A stretch of DNA of 64,000 bases from an uncultured delta proteobacterium (GTDB taxonomy: Bacteria; Desulfobacterota; Syntrophobacteria; BM002). The notes under the pieces are model-generated. The model did not search any database and was not told the DNA's origin. It was given only the letters and a program-made list of their open reading frames with translations. Every line of letters begins with the position of its first letter. Within the stretch, counting starts at the first letter, position 1. Of the stretch, positions 1 through 9,360 are shown in pieces. Made by a program: the position numbers and the translations under genes. The DNA lies in NCBI GenBank assembly GCA_963712115.1, contig CAVQGX010000037.1, forward strand, positions 1 to 64,000, in the 5' to 3' direction.

Positions 1-68
1 TGGTCCTTCATGTCCTTTGCTAGAATCTGCTTGAATGGTATGCGAAGTCTCGTACCATCTTTTGTTCA

Positions 69-488
69 TCAAATTTGATCAAGCCCCGTGAGAGTCCTTT
101 GTGTCTTGGATTCAGCACCGGCAGATTTGCCGTAACTACCGCCTGCTCCACCTCCCGCAAGAACATCACCTGATAAACCACCAACCAGAAGGCCAACAAT
201 TACTCCTCCCGAGCTTCTCGAGTAGGTGACGTCGGTAGATATCTTGTCGTAGATCCAGACCTCTCGACCTTCAGCATCCGTGGTAACTATGTTCGGTGAT
301 CCCAATACTTCCGCGACTTCAGCCCCTGGCATACCTTTTCGTATCTCCCTTTGCACCGTCCCCACTGTCATCTGACGTTCTTGGGCACCGTGGGTGTCTT
401 GGTAATGTTGCTGCGCGGTCATACATCCGTTTAACCAGACACCTATCCAGATTACTGAAAGTATTTGCGCTATTCTTAAATTTTGCAT
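69..488 (-). CDS. Outer-membrane lipoprotein, SmpA/OmlA (BamE-like) domain
   Basis: Hydrophobic signal with lipobox LNGC; GM..AEV.EVLGSP...EVWIY pattern typical of SmpA/OmlA; start moved to ATG 488 (MQNLRIAQ). Confidence 0.6.
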   Translation of the reverse strand: MQNLRIAQILSVIWIGVWLNGCMTAQQHYQDTHGAQERQMTVGTVQREIRKGMPGAEVAEVLGSPNIVTTDAEGREVWIYDKISTDVTYSRSSGGVIVGLLVGGLSGDVLAGGGAGGSYGKSAGAESKTQRTLTGLDQI

Positions 489-936
489 TGCAGATCCTCT
501 GCCATAAGGGTGGAAAGTGAAATTGCAAAAATAACCAGATTCTTTTTTCCGCATCTTACGCAAAGGTCGTTCCAAATAAACCGCCAACCCGCCACTTATA
601 AAATCACACGGTTTATCAGGGGCTGGATGCTGCTTGGTTTAGATCAATATGCTGAATAATGTTAAATGCTTATACGAGAGTACATAATATGGAAGGTAGG
701 CCCTATACGGTTGGAATATGCAAACTCAGCTAAAAGAGAGCGGTTCCAAAGGGTGCAATAAGCGTTTACACTTTCCCAATTCGAACGCAGAAAAATATTA
801 CATATCAGCAAGTTAGGGTTGAGCAAGGAATGTTTACAAAGAAAGAAAGGTTGCAACCTTGTCTCTCCGTAGGCACACCAGGTCAGGATTTTATTCTGAA
901 CAACATGTTGCAGAGGAAGGTGTAAAGACCTGCAGT

Positions 937-2241
937 TTAAGCGGGAATGGCCACCAGACGATTTCCCTCTAGTCTGTCGAGTCTGGCCAAAACGTTTTGA
1001 TTTTCCAGGGGTGTGTCAGCTTGGACCAACACTGGCAGGTAATTGTCAGAAAAGCCGCACGGCAAGCCGGTTGCTGCATCCCGCCGATTCTCCACCAGAA
1101 CGGGCCGCACTTTTCCAAGAAATCGATTTAGGAAAGTCAAACGTTTGCTCTTGTCCAAGTCTCTCAGTAACCGGCAGCGCTGGCTAATCAAAGCCGGAGA
1201 TATCTGTTCCCCCATGGCAGCCGCAGGGGTACCAGGGCGGGGTGAGAAGGGAAAGATATGTAAGTAGGCTACCGGCAGAGATTCGATCAAGCGATAGGTA
1301 TTCTGGAACCGTTCATCGGTCTCACCGGGGAAACCCACCATTACATCGACTCCTACAGCCAGATCGTCAATGCGGTGAATGGCTTCTAGGACGATTTCGC
1401 TGTAGAAATGGGGATGATAGTGGCGATTCATCCGGCCGAGTATGTCAGCATCACCACTCTGGAGGGGGATGTGCAAGTGGGGGCAGATTTTGGGCTCAGA
1501 AGCTATGAGCTCCAATAAATCAGAAAAGATCTCTCCCGGTTCCAGAGAACTGAGCCGGAGGCGAGGTGGTGGGAAGTGTCCAAGAATGGACCGGAGGAGT
1601 CCAATTAGTTCCTGCTTTGGCTTTAAGTCAGAGCCCCACTGCCCCAAATGAATGCCGGTGAGGACAATCTCTTGATAACCGTGATCAAGGAATTTTTCCA
1701 CCTGTTCGATAATGGGCAGCAGGGGTATACTTCGGCCACGACCGCGGGCATAGGGGACGATGCAATATGAGCAGAAACCGTCGCAACCGTCCTGGACTTT
1801 GAGAAAGGCCCGAGTTCTGTTGGAAAAGGCTGAGAAGACTAAAGGGGTTGGGTCGGGTGCATTGCGAGCATTCTTGAGGTGGATACAAGGAGAAGTATTT
1901 TCCTCTCCTCGAGAGATATAGTCCAAGAGTGCCAACTTTTCGTTGGTTCCAAGTATATGAGTAACCCCGGGGATAGTGGCGATTTCCTCCGCGGCAACTT
2001 GAGAATAACAGCCCATGACCACTATTCTTGCTGCACCATTCAGACGGACGGCCCGTCTGATGAGCTGACGCGATTGCATGGCGGCCCTGCTGGTGACGGC
2101 ACAAGTGTTGATGCAGTAAAGGTCGGCCTCTTCGCTAAAGGGGAGGATGTCGAAGTTATTCTGTAAAAGTTTCTCTTCGAGGTAGGCCGATTCGCACTGA
2201 TTGACCTTGCAGCCTAAAGTTGCCAATGCTACTTTACTCAT
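937..2241 (-). CDS. mtaB: tRNA t6A37 methylthiotransferase (radical SAM)
   Basis: TLGCKVNQ N-terminus, NTCAV, KVQDGC-x3-C-x2-C radical SAM motif, HIPLQSG, C-terminal TRAM-like domain. Confidence 0.92.
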   Translation of the reverse strand: MSKVALATLGCKVNQCESAYLEEKLLQNNFDILPFSEEADLYCINTCAVTSRAAMQSRQLIRRAVRLNGAARIVVMGCYSQVAAEEIATIPGVTHILGTNEKLALLDYISRGEENTSPCIHLKNARNAPDPTPLVFSAFSNRTRAFLKVQDGCDGFCSYCIVPYARGRGRSIPLLPIIEQVEKFLDHGYQEIVLTGIHLGQWGSDLKPKQELIGLLRSILGHFPPPRLRLSSLEPGEIFSDLLELIASEPKICPHLHIPLQSGDADILGRMNRHYHPHFYSEIVLEAIHRIDDLAVGVDVMVGFPGETDERFQNTYRLIESLPVAYLHIFPFSPRPGTPAAAMGEQISPALISQRCRLLRDLDKSKRLTFLNRFLGKVRPVLVENRRDAATGLPCGFSDNYLPVLVQADTPLENQNVLARLDRLEGNRLVAIPA

Positions 2242-3320
2242 GCAATCACCCGCTCAATGATGCCACCCCCCAAAACCTCCTCATCCCGATAAAAGACAGC
2301 GGACTGTCCGGGAGTAATGGCCTCTTGGGGCTCTAAAAAACTGACTACAGACTCCTCTTCTCCTGTCTTTATGACGGCCGGCGCTTGTTGATGACGAGAG
2401 CGCACCTGCACCAATGCCTCAAAGCTCGATGAGGGTGGAGGCATGGAAATCCAGTTGACATTTTTGACCAGTAGTTCTTTGCGGCGGAGATCACTCTTGC
2501 AACCAACCCTTACAATGTTTGAGTCAGGCTCCAAGCCAACTACATAATAAGGGGCGGAAGCGGGAATGCCAATTCCACGTCTTTGGCCGATGGTATAACG
2601 GTGTATTCCTTCATGTTTCCCTAGTTGACGGTCCTCAAGATCGAGGACGGGTCCAGGTCCGGGCAGATCTGGCCCTAGGTGCTGTTCAAGGAAGCCCCTG
2701 TAGTCTCTAGCTGAAATGAAGCAGATTTCCTGGCTTTCCGGTCGGTAATATCCACCCATGCCAGCCTCTGCGGCGAGTTTTTTTACTTCGCTTTTAAGAT
2801 AATCCCCGAGGGGAAAGAATGTCCGGGCCAATTGGACTTGATTGAGACCGTAGAGAAAGTAAGATTGGTCTTTAGCCCGGTCTCGCCCGCGGAAAAGTCG
2901 CAAACTTCCATTAGAGCTATCAGAAAGAATTCTCGCATAATGGCCGGTGGCAAGATTGTTTGCGCCCAGTTCCGCAGCTTTCTTTTGTAGCAGAGAAAAC
3001 TTGATCCTTGGATTGCAGACCACGCAGGGGTTAGGGGTTTTACCTTTCCTGTATGCATCAACAAATGGTTCGATCACTTGCTTTTGGAAGGCAGGCCGGA
3101 GATCCACCAGATGGAGAGCAACACCAAGTCGGGCCGTGAGCTCCCTGATCTGCTTGCCGGGCTCCGGCTGATCTTCGGGGCGCAGTATCATGTGCAAGGC
3201 CAACACGGGGTGACCTTGCTGTTTGAGCAGCAAGGCGGTAACCATGCTGTCCACGCCACCGCTGACTGCCACGGCCACGGTTTCTTTTGTTCTGGGTTTG
3301 TGGGGTCGCAAACTCCTCAT
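2238..3320 (-). CDS. mnmA: tRNA 2-thiouridine(34) synthase
   Basis: SGGVDS, TPNPCVVCN, ATGHYA, KDQSYFL, SQEICF, YTIGQRRG; ATG at 3320 overlaps the upstream TGA (ATGA). Confidence 0.95.
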   Translation of the reverse strand: MRSLRPHKPRTKETVAVAVSGGVDSMVTALLLKQQGHPVLALHMILRPEDQPEPGKQIRELTARLGVALHLVDLRPAFQKQVIEPFVDAYRKGKTPNPCVVCNPRIKFSLLQKKAAELGANNLATGHYARILSDSSNGSLRLFRGRDRAKDQSYFLYGLNQVQLARTFFPLGDYLKSEVKKLAAEAGMGGYYRPESQEICFISARDYRGFLEQHLGPDLPGPGPVLDLEDRQLGKHEGIHRYTIGQRRGIGIPASAPYYVVGLEPDSNIVRVGCKSDLRRKELLVKNVNWISMPPPSSSFEALVQVRSRHQQAPAVIKTGEEESVVSFLEPQEAITPGQSAVFYRDEEVLGGGIIERVIA

Positions 3321-3745
3321 AAAGCCTCGGCCCGATCGATGCTCACGATCATGGCCCTTACGGGACAGGTGTTTACGCATAGTTCACAACCGCTGCATTT
3401 CTCTGGGTCGAAGAGCACATACATGCTAGGCCGTTCGATGTGGAGTGCTCCTGTGGGACAAACAGCAGTGCAGGCGCCACACTCGAAACACTTGTCCATG
3501 TCTCGCTGAATGTCCTGCGCCACAGTGTCCACGATTACTCCCCTCCGCTCAAGGTAGCGGATACCACGGTTGTAATCTTTGCGGCTCCGTCCTTGAAGTT
3601 CCATAACCACCATACCTTCGCGTCGAGGGTAGACGGTGGCCTTAAGGATATTGAAGGTCAAGTCGTAGTCGCGCACTAAATTGGCGATGATGGGTTCATT
3701 TACTATGTCTTTGGGAAACCTAAGCACAAGCATTTTGGAATACAT
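3317..3745 (-). CDS. NIL domain + 2x[4Fe-4S] ferredoxin protein
   Basis: FNILKA NIL motif; two CxxCxxCxxxCP motifs. Confidence 0.88.
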   Translation of the reverse strand: MYSKMLVLRFPKDIVNEPIIANLVRDYDLTFNILKATVYPRREGMVVMELQGRSRKDYNRGIRYLERRGVIVDTVAQDIQRDMDKCFECGACTAVCPTGALHIERPSMYVLFDPEKCSGCELCVNTCPVRAMIVSIDRAEAL

Positions 3746-4356
3746 GATAATCCTTTCTAAACCTTGTCCATCCAGAAATATGGCTTCCGGAAGACCACTT
3801 TCAAAATAAAAAAAGTTTCAGTCTTTAAACGGTATTTTTGGGTATAAAAGATATAATCTGCCTTGTCAAATTTTTCTAGAGAACCCGCCTTTGGTGGCGT
3901 CCTTTGTTTGTTTTCAGTGGTGCCCGAGTTGTCCCTCCCCAAGAGAAGTGTGGCTCTGATGCTTATAGTATGATCAATAGGGAAAGATGCTCAGGAGTTT
4001 TTCGAGAAATGTTTTTATGACATAGGCCACGGGAAAGCTACTCCACAACGATCATATTCACGCCATTTATTGGCAGAGTTCCTGTTTAGGAAGCACCACA
4101 TCTTCATGCAGGCCGTTTCGAGGCTGAGGTTCGTAAAGACAGGTTGCTCAGATGCTCGTTGTTTCGCAGCTTTCCCTTTTGGCCTTTGCTGATGTCTCTT
4201 CTAAGTGACTGCGGAAACACAGGTTAGAAGAATCACCCACTCATTTTGGGAAAACTCTTGAAAGATGCTTTGGTTGTACCGCTTGTCCATATCTAGTATG
4301 ATTTAAACTTTGTTAAGGTTGGGGGAATAATACTGGGGCAAAATTTGGAGTGACTC

Positions 4357-5472
4357 ATGACTGATTCGACACCATTTCAGCGACGCTTGCACAAGGTGAA
4401 GCAATTGCTGACCGATAAGCCCTTTGATACCTTCCTGGTTTCGGAACCATGGAATCGGGCTTATCTCAGCGGTTTTTGGGCAGGGGACATGCAACTTACC
4501 GAGTCCTCGGGCTTTCTTTTTGTCAGCGAAAAGGCTCAAGTGCTGGCCACGGATTTTCGCTATCAGGAGCAAGCCGAAAAAGAAGCCCCGGACTTTCACG
4601 TAGTGATCTACAGAGAGAATCTTGCCAGTATTCTGCCGGAGATCTTTGCCAGTCTGTCCACTAGAAATCTCGGGTTTGAAAACCACCATCTGACTTATGA
4701 GCGGTTTGTAAAGATCAAGGAATCGATGCATGAATGGAGCCCAAAAGGGGAATTGCTCCCTGCGGGCGAGCTGGTGGAGAGATTGCGCACCATAAAAGAG
4801 GTGGAAGAAATTGAGGCAATCAGAGAGTCCCTGGCACTAACCGAGTCCGTGCTTGAGACCACTGTGGCCGAAGCAGCAGTGGGAAAAACAGAGAAAGAAC
4901 TGGCCTGGCGTATCGAACTACTCATGCGAGAGGCGGGTGCGGAAGCGGTCTCTTTCCCCCCCATTGTTGCCTCCGGGCCCTTGGCGGCCAGGCCACACGC
5001 TGTGGTCAGCGATCGGCAGCTCCAGAAGTCAGAGACTATAATCATTGACTTGGGAGCCAGGTTGGAGCACTACTGCTCGGATATGACCAGGACACTCATA
5101 CTCGGAGAACCAGACGATAAGACACGTAGGATCTATTCCACTGTCCGGGAAGCTCAATTGCGCGCTATTGCGGCAGTGCGGTCCGGAATCTCGTCTTTTG
5201 AGGTAGATCGAGTGGCCCGCGATTATATCACCTCGGCAGGATATGGTGATCACTTTGGCCACGGCCTAGGCCATGGGGTTGGGCTCGCAGTGCACGAGAA
5301 GCCGGGTTTCGGCAAAAGCAGCTCAATGATACTCGAGGAGAACATGGTGGTCACCATTGAGCCGGGTATCTATCTTCCTGGCTGGGGTGGGGTACGGTTG
5401 GAAAACATGGTGCGAGTGACCGCGGATGGCTGTGAGGTGCTTAATAAAAACGAATTTTTCTATTCATTTTGA
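4357..5472 (+). CDS. Xaa-Pro peptidase, M24 family
   Basis: YLSGF, TDFRY, DLGA..YCSDMTRT, HGLGHGVG..VHE, TIEPGIY, GVRLE. Confidence 0.93.
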   Translation: MTDSTPFQRRLHKVKQLLTDKPFDTFLVSEPWNRAYLSGFWAGDMQLTESSGFLFVSEKAQVLATDFRYQEQAEKEAPDFHVVIYRENLASILPEIFASLSTRNLGFENHHLTYERFVKIKESMHEWSPKGELLPAGELVERLRTIKEVEEIEAIRESLALTESVLETTVAEAAVGKTEKELAWRIELLMREAGAEAVSFPPIVASGPLAARPHAVVSDRQLQKSETIIIDLGARLEHYCSDMTRTLILGEPDDKTRRIYSTVREAQLRAIAAVRSGISSFEVDRVARDYITSAGYGDHFGHGLGHGVGLAVHEKPGFGKSSSMILEENMVVTIEPGIYLPGWGGVRLENMVRVTADGCEVLNKNEFFYSF

Positions 5473-5615
5473 AAAGGGCACAGGGCTTAAGGCAAAAGGC
5501 GCAAGGCAAAGATAAAGCGATTCAATAGTGAGTTACCTTGCGCCCTGAGCCTTGTGCCTTGAGCCGCTATGCCAATAGCAAATGAGCGATGACTAAAGAA
5601 CTGGAGGATAGGGTA

Positions 5616-7037
5616 ATGCAGCAGGAATATAGAGTTGAAACCGACTCGATGGGTGAAGTGCAGGTTCCGGCGTCAGCCTATTACGGCGCCCAGACCCAAC
5701 GGGCGGTGCAAAACTTCCCCATCAGTGGTTTGAGGTTCCCCCGGGAATTTATTAGGTCGCTGGGTTTGGTTAAAGGAACAGCGGCTAAAGTTAATCTGGA
5801 GTTGGGCTTTATCTCACGAGAGGTGGCCGAGGCAATCAGCCAGGCAGCAGGGGAGGTGGCAGAGGGGAAGCTCGATGATCAGTTCCCTGTTGATATCTTT
5901 CAGACCGGATCAGGGACCTCTACCAATATGAATGCAAACGAGGTCATTGCCAACCGTGCCATTGAACTCCTCGGAGGTGAAATAGGTAGCAAGTCGCCGG
6001 TGCACCCCAATGACCACGTAAATCGGGGGCAGTCCAGCAATGATGTCATCCCCACGGCTATTCATGTTTCTGTAGCGGAAAGCATCAATGGTGGGCTAAT
6101 GGAAGCTCTCAAAAGGTGCGAGCATGAACTGGAAGCAAAAAGCAAGCAGTTCGACCCTATCGTCAAAATAGGACGCACCCATCTTCAGGATGCCACGCCC
6201 GTGCGTCTAGGACAGGAGTTCAGCGGTTACGCCCGGCAAATGGCTCTGGCTCGCGAGCGAATTGAACTGGCATTGGCAGGTCTTATGGAGCTGGCTCTTG
6301 GGGGGACAGCTACGGGGACCGGGCTGAATGCGCCAACCGGCTTTGCCTCCAAAGTAATTGGACTATTGGCAGAGGAAACGGGCCTTCCCTTTGTTGAGGC
6401 CAAAGATCATTTTGCCGCCCAGGGAGGTCAAGACGGACTGGTTGCAGCAAGTGCTGCCCTGAGAGGTCTTGCTGTTACCCTTACTAAGATTGGCAACGAC
6501 ATACGCTGGATGGCCTCTGGCCCAAGATGCGGGTTGGGGGAAGTTGAACTGCCTCCGGTACAGCCGGGCTCCTCTATTATGCCGGGCAAGGTCAATCCAG
6601 TAATTATTGAATCTCTTCTCCAAGTGGCGGTGCAAGTCATGGCCAATGATTGGGCTGTGGCTATGGGTGGGCAGGCTGGGAACCTGGAACTCAACGTCAT
6701 GCTGCCGGTGATGGCATACAACCTGTTGCAATCAGTGGGGTTGCTCAAGACCTCTATTGAGAACTTTACGGATAAATGTCTGAAAGGGCTTGAGGTAAAT
6801 GAACAGCGTTGCCAGGAATTGGTGGAACAAAGTTTGGCACTCTGTACGCCACTGGCGGTTGAGATTGGCTATGACAAGGCAGCAGAGCTTGCCCACATGG
6901 CTTATGAAAGTGGAAAGACAGTGCGAGAAGTGGCACTGGAGTTGGATATCCTGCCTAAAGAAAAGCTCGCAAAGATACTAGATGCTAGAGAGATGACGCG
7001 ACCGGGCATTCCCGGCCGCGGTGATAAAGTGGAGTAG
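5616..7037 (+). CDS. fumC: Fumarate hydratase class II
   Basis: GAQTQRA, QTGSGTSTNMN, QSSND, GRTHLQDA, GSSIMPGKVNP signature; GGAGG upstream of ATG 5616. Confidence 0.95.
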   Translation: MQQEYRVETDSMGEVQVPASAYYGAQTQRAVQNFPISGLRFPREFIRSLGLVKGTAAKVNLELGFISREVAEAISQAAGEVAEGKLDDQFPVDIFQTGSGTSTNMNANEVIANRAIELLGGEIGSKSPVHPNDHVNRGQSSNDVIPTAIHVSVAESINGGLMEALKRCEHELEAKSKQFDPIVKIGRTHLQDATPVRLGQEFSGYARQMALARERIELALAGLMELALGGTATGTGLNAPTGFASKVIGLLAEETGLPFVEAKDHFAAQGGQDGLVAASAALRGLAVTLTKIGNDIRWMASGPRCGLGEVELPPVQPGSSIMPGKVNPVIIESLLQVAVQVMANDWAVAMGGQAGNLELNVMLPVMAYNLLQSVGLLKTSIENFTDKCLKGLEVNEQRCQELVEQSLALCTPLAVEIGYDKAAELAHMAYESGKTVREVALELDILPKEKLAKILDAREMTRPGIPGRGDKVE

Positions 7038-7383
7038 GTACTAGGCATGGGGCATGGAGCATAGACATAGGGTAAGGAGCCAGAAGCCAGCTTGCAGCTG
7101 ACAGCAGACAGCTCGCGGCGTGCAGCAATAATTCTGTAGAGAGGATATCTGTTTCCTGCCAGCTGCCAGTTGCAATCTGCTTGCTGTGGTCTGACTTCTG
7201 ACCTCGGATCTCCGTCTCGCTCTTTCTCCCCGCCTGCCCGCCATCGGCTTCGCCCTCAAGCGAGGCGGGCGGGTCCCCGAATCGTATCGCTATGCCTGGT
7301 GCCCAGTCTGAGGTAAGCAGTGGTTTTGCACATTTCGCTACATCTGGTATAGTGCCTATATTACAAGAAGACCTGAGAGCCTA

Positions 7384-7989
7384 ATGGCCAAGATCATTGA
7401 TTTTGAAGACAGCCGTAAGGGTGACGACAATCTCATCTGTCGTAAACCCCTGGAGTTTAGGCGTGGAGATTGGCGCCAAGGTCACATACTGCAATGTCTA
7501 AAAAGCGAGGCGGAGAAATACCAAAACCACCGGCGCCAGGCAATCAGCACTGGCCATCGCCACATTAAGTTTGTACCTGAACACTTCAGTTTGGTGGGTG
7601 GCTGTGACTACACCGCCATGGGACTTTTTCGTTGGCGAGAGAATGAGGAGCTGGCAAGGGAGTTCTACCGGCTGGCGGGTCTTATGGAGTGTGTGGTTAA
7701 CAGCACTTCTCCTTTATTGCGTACCGATCTCCTGCGGAGTCTCTATAAGACTATACTGCAATTGAGGAAGAGCCTCAATTTCTCCTGGAAAGGTGACTCA
7801 AGTCAGTTTCTCTTGCCCTTGCATCAGAACTTTTACCATCGTAGCGACTTTTTTGATCAGATACTCCATGCAAGTACTCTCAAGGCCTTGTATAAAACAG
7901 TAGACCGTGAAACTGGGGTGCAGTTTGACTTGCTAGCGGCTGAATATGTCTTTTATCTCCCCAAGAGGATGGTCGACGAACCCGCCTAG
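7384..7989 (+). CDS. Hypothetical protein (201 aa)
   Basis: Long ORF with protein-like composition; sigma-70-like TTGCAC-N16-TATAGT upstream; no family recognised. Confidence 0.7.
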   Translation: MAKIIDFEDSRKGDDNLICRKPLEFRRGDWRQGHILQCLKSEAEKYQNHRRQAISTGHRHIKFVPEHFSLVGGCDYTAMGLFRWRENEELAREFYRLAGLMECVVNSTSPLLRTDLLRSLYKTILQLRKSLNFSWKGDSSQFLLPLHQNFYHRSDFFDQILHASTLKALYKTVDRETGVQFDLLAAEYVFYLPKRMVDEPA

Positions 7990-8020
7990 CCCATTACACA
8001 AGAAAGACAAGAGAAATGGA

Positions 8021-8048
8021 TTGACAAAAAGCCACTTTTAGATAGAAT
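8021..8048 (+). promoter_or_regulatory. sigma-70-type promoter
   Basis: TTGACA-N16-TAGAAT upstream of the 8140 ORF. Confidence 0.6.
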
Positions 8049-8139
8049 TAACAGCAAGTTATCCAGGCTGTTTCCTCTGAGAAACTATGAGACTCACTTT
8101 GTGCATTTAGCGCCACAAGGAATTTTGAGGAGCTAGAGC

Positions 8140-9231
8140 ATGCCTACATGGCCATATCGATACCAACTGAGTCTACAAGACCGATTGCGGCGCTCGGTCT
8201 ACGAAGTGCTCAGAGACCAAATGGACGTGTACCTGATTCAGCACGCTCTGGTCGATTCATACTGGAAATTCTGCGAGGCCGGAGAAGCTTATCCTTTCGT
8301 GCCTAAGAGAGAGCTTAAACCCCGGGCCAGGGTTATGGAAAAAGAGCACGTGAACCACAACCACTTTCTGGTGATGTTCTGTGAAGGGACCATTCCGGGT
8401 CGTTACAAGAAATATATTCGTTTTTTCGATTCCAATAAGGTTACCAAGGAAGGAATCTTGGAGTTTCCGCAGGTTCGGTTGCACAAAAAATACACGAAAA
8501 ACCTCAGATATTTCGAGAATCCCAGTTTTGAGAGTTTTGTACTGGACCTCTTGCCGGTGGATTATGCCCTGCTCATTCAGAGGGATCCGTCCATCAAGAC
8601 CCGAACCCGCTATGCCATGACCCATTTCCGCGTGAAGATAGACTGGCCCATTGACAATGCCACTGAAGAGATGGGGCAGCAACTTCGCTACATCGGCAAG
8701 GATCTCTACGAGATGGGTGAGAAGTACGCCGAGAGCCTGAATAACAAGCTTTTCGAAAACTATGGATTTCATTATGCTGTGGGTGGACGCCGCACCGCTG
8801 CGGTGGTTGCTGCCCAGTTTCTCAAGAAGATGGAATTCATCTCGACGGTTTACGTCGCCAGTTCAGAGTCACGCACTCTTACGCGCCTTAGCGAACGTGG
8901 TGTGAGTAGATTTGTGCTGATTAAGCTGCCCATGGAGGAGGTTTTGCGGCTGGCGGCGGAAAGTCACATGCAGTTTGACAATTTCGTGGAACGTTTCCTG
9001 ATCAACCTTGAGGATGACTATGGGGTGGGCGTCTTCCAGGTGGTATATAGCAATACGATCCATTCAAAGCCACCCGAGGATGGCAAGTTGCGAGAGCTGA
9101 AGCCAGATTTTCAGTGGTTGACTGTGAGTGATCAGCTAATCGTTCCGCTACGGGGCATCACAGACATATATCCCATCCCTTACAGCACCATCTACACTCC
9201 TGAGATAGGTGATACCGAACACTCCTTGTAA
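8140..9231 (+). CDS. Hypothetical protein (363 aa)
   Basis: GAGGAG RBS, long ORF; no family recognised. Confidence 0.8.
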   Translation: MPTWPYRYQLSLQDRLRRSVYEVLRDQMDVYLIQHALVDSYWKFCEAGEAYPFVPKRELKPRARVMEKEHVNHNHFLVMFCEGTIPGRYKKYIRFFDSNKVTKEGILEFPQVRLHKKYTKNLRYFENPSFESFVLDLLPVDYALLIQRDPSIKTRTRYAMTHFRVKIDWPIDNATEEMGQQLRYIGKDLYEMGEKYAESLNNKLFENYGFHYAVGGRRTAAVVAAQFLKKMEFISTVYVASSESRTLTRLSERGVSRFVLIKLPMEEVLRLAAESHMQFDNFVERFLINLEDDYGVGVFQVVYSNTIHSKPPEDGKLRELKPDFQWLTVSDQLIVPLRGITDIYPIPYSTIYTPEIGDTEHSL

Positions 9232-9360
9232 CCCCTATTTAAGTCAGCTTTCGCTGGCATTTCATCTCTCTAGTGAGGGGTATTGACTAATCCCCTACTT
9301 CTGTATTACCTATGAGTGCCTAATGCAAGGGCTGCCCCCTATTCCAAGAGACAGAAACTG

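Noticed and set aside
3321-3380. Longer mnmA start at 3380
   Set aside because: Overlaps the ferredoxin gene; ATGA coupling favours 3320
3757-4300. 550-bp gap as a hidden gene or ncRNA
   Set aside because: No ORF with start and RBS and no convincing fold or known motif seen
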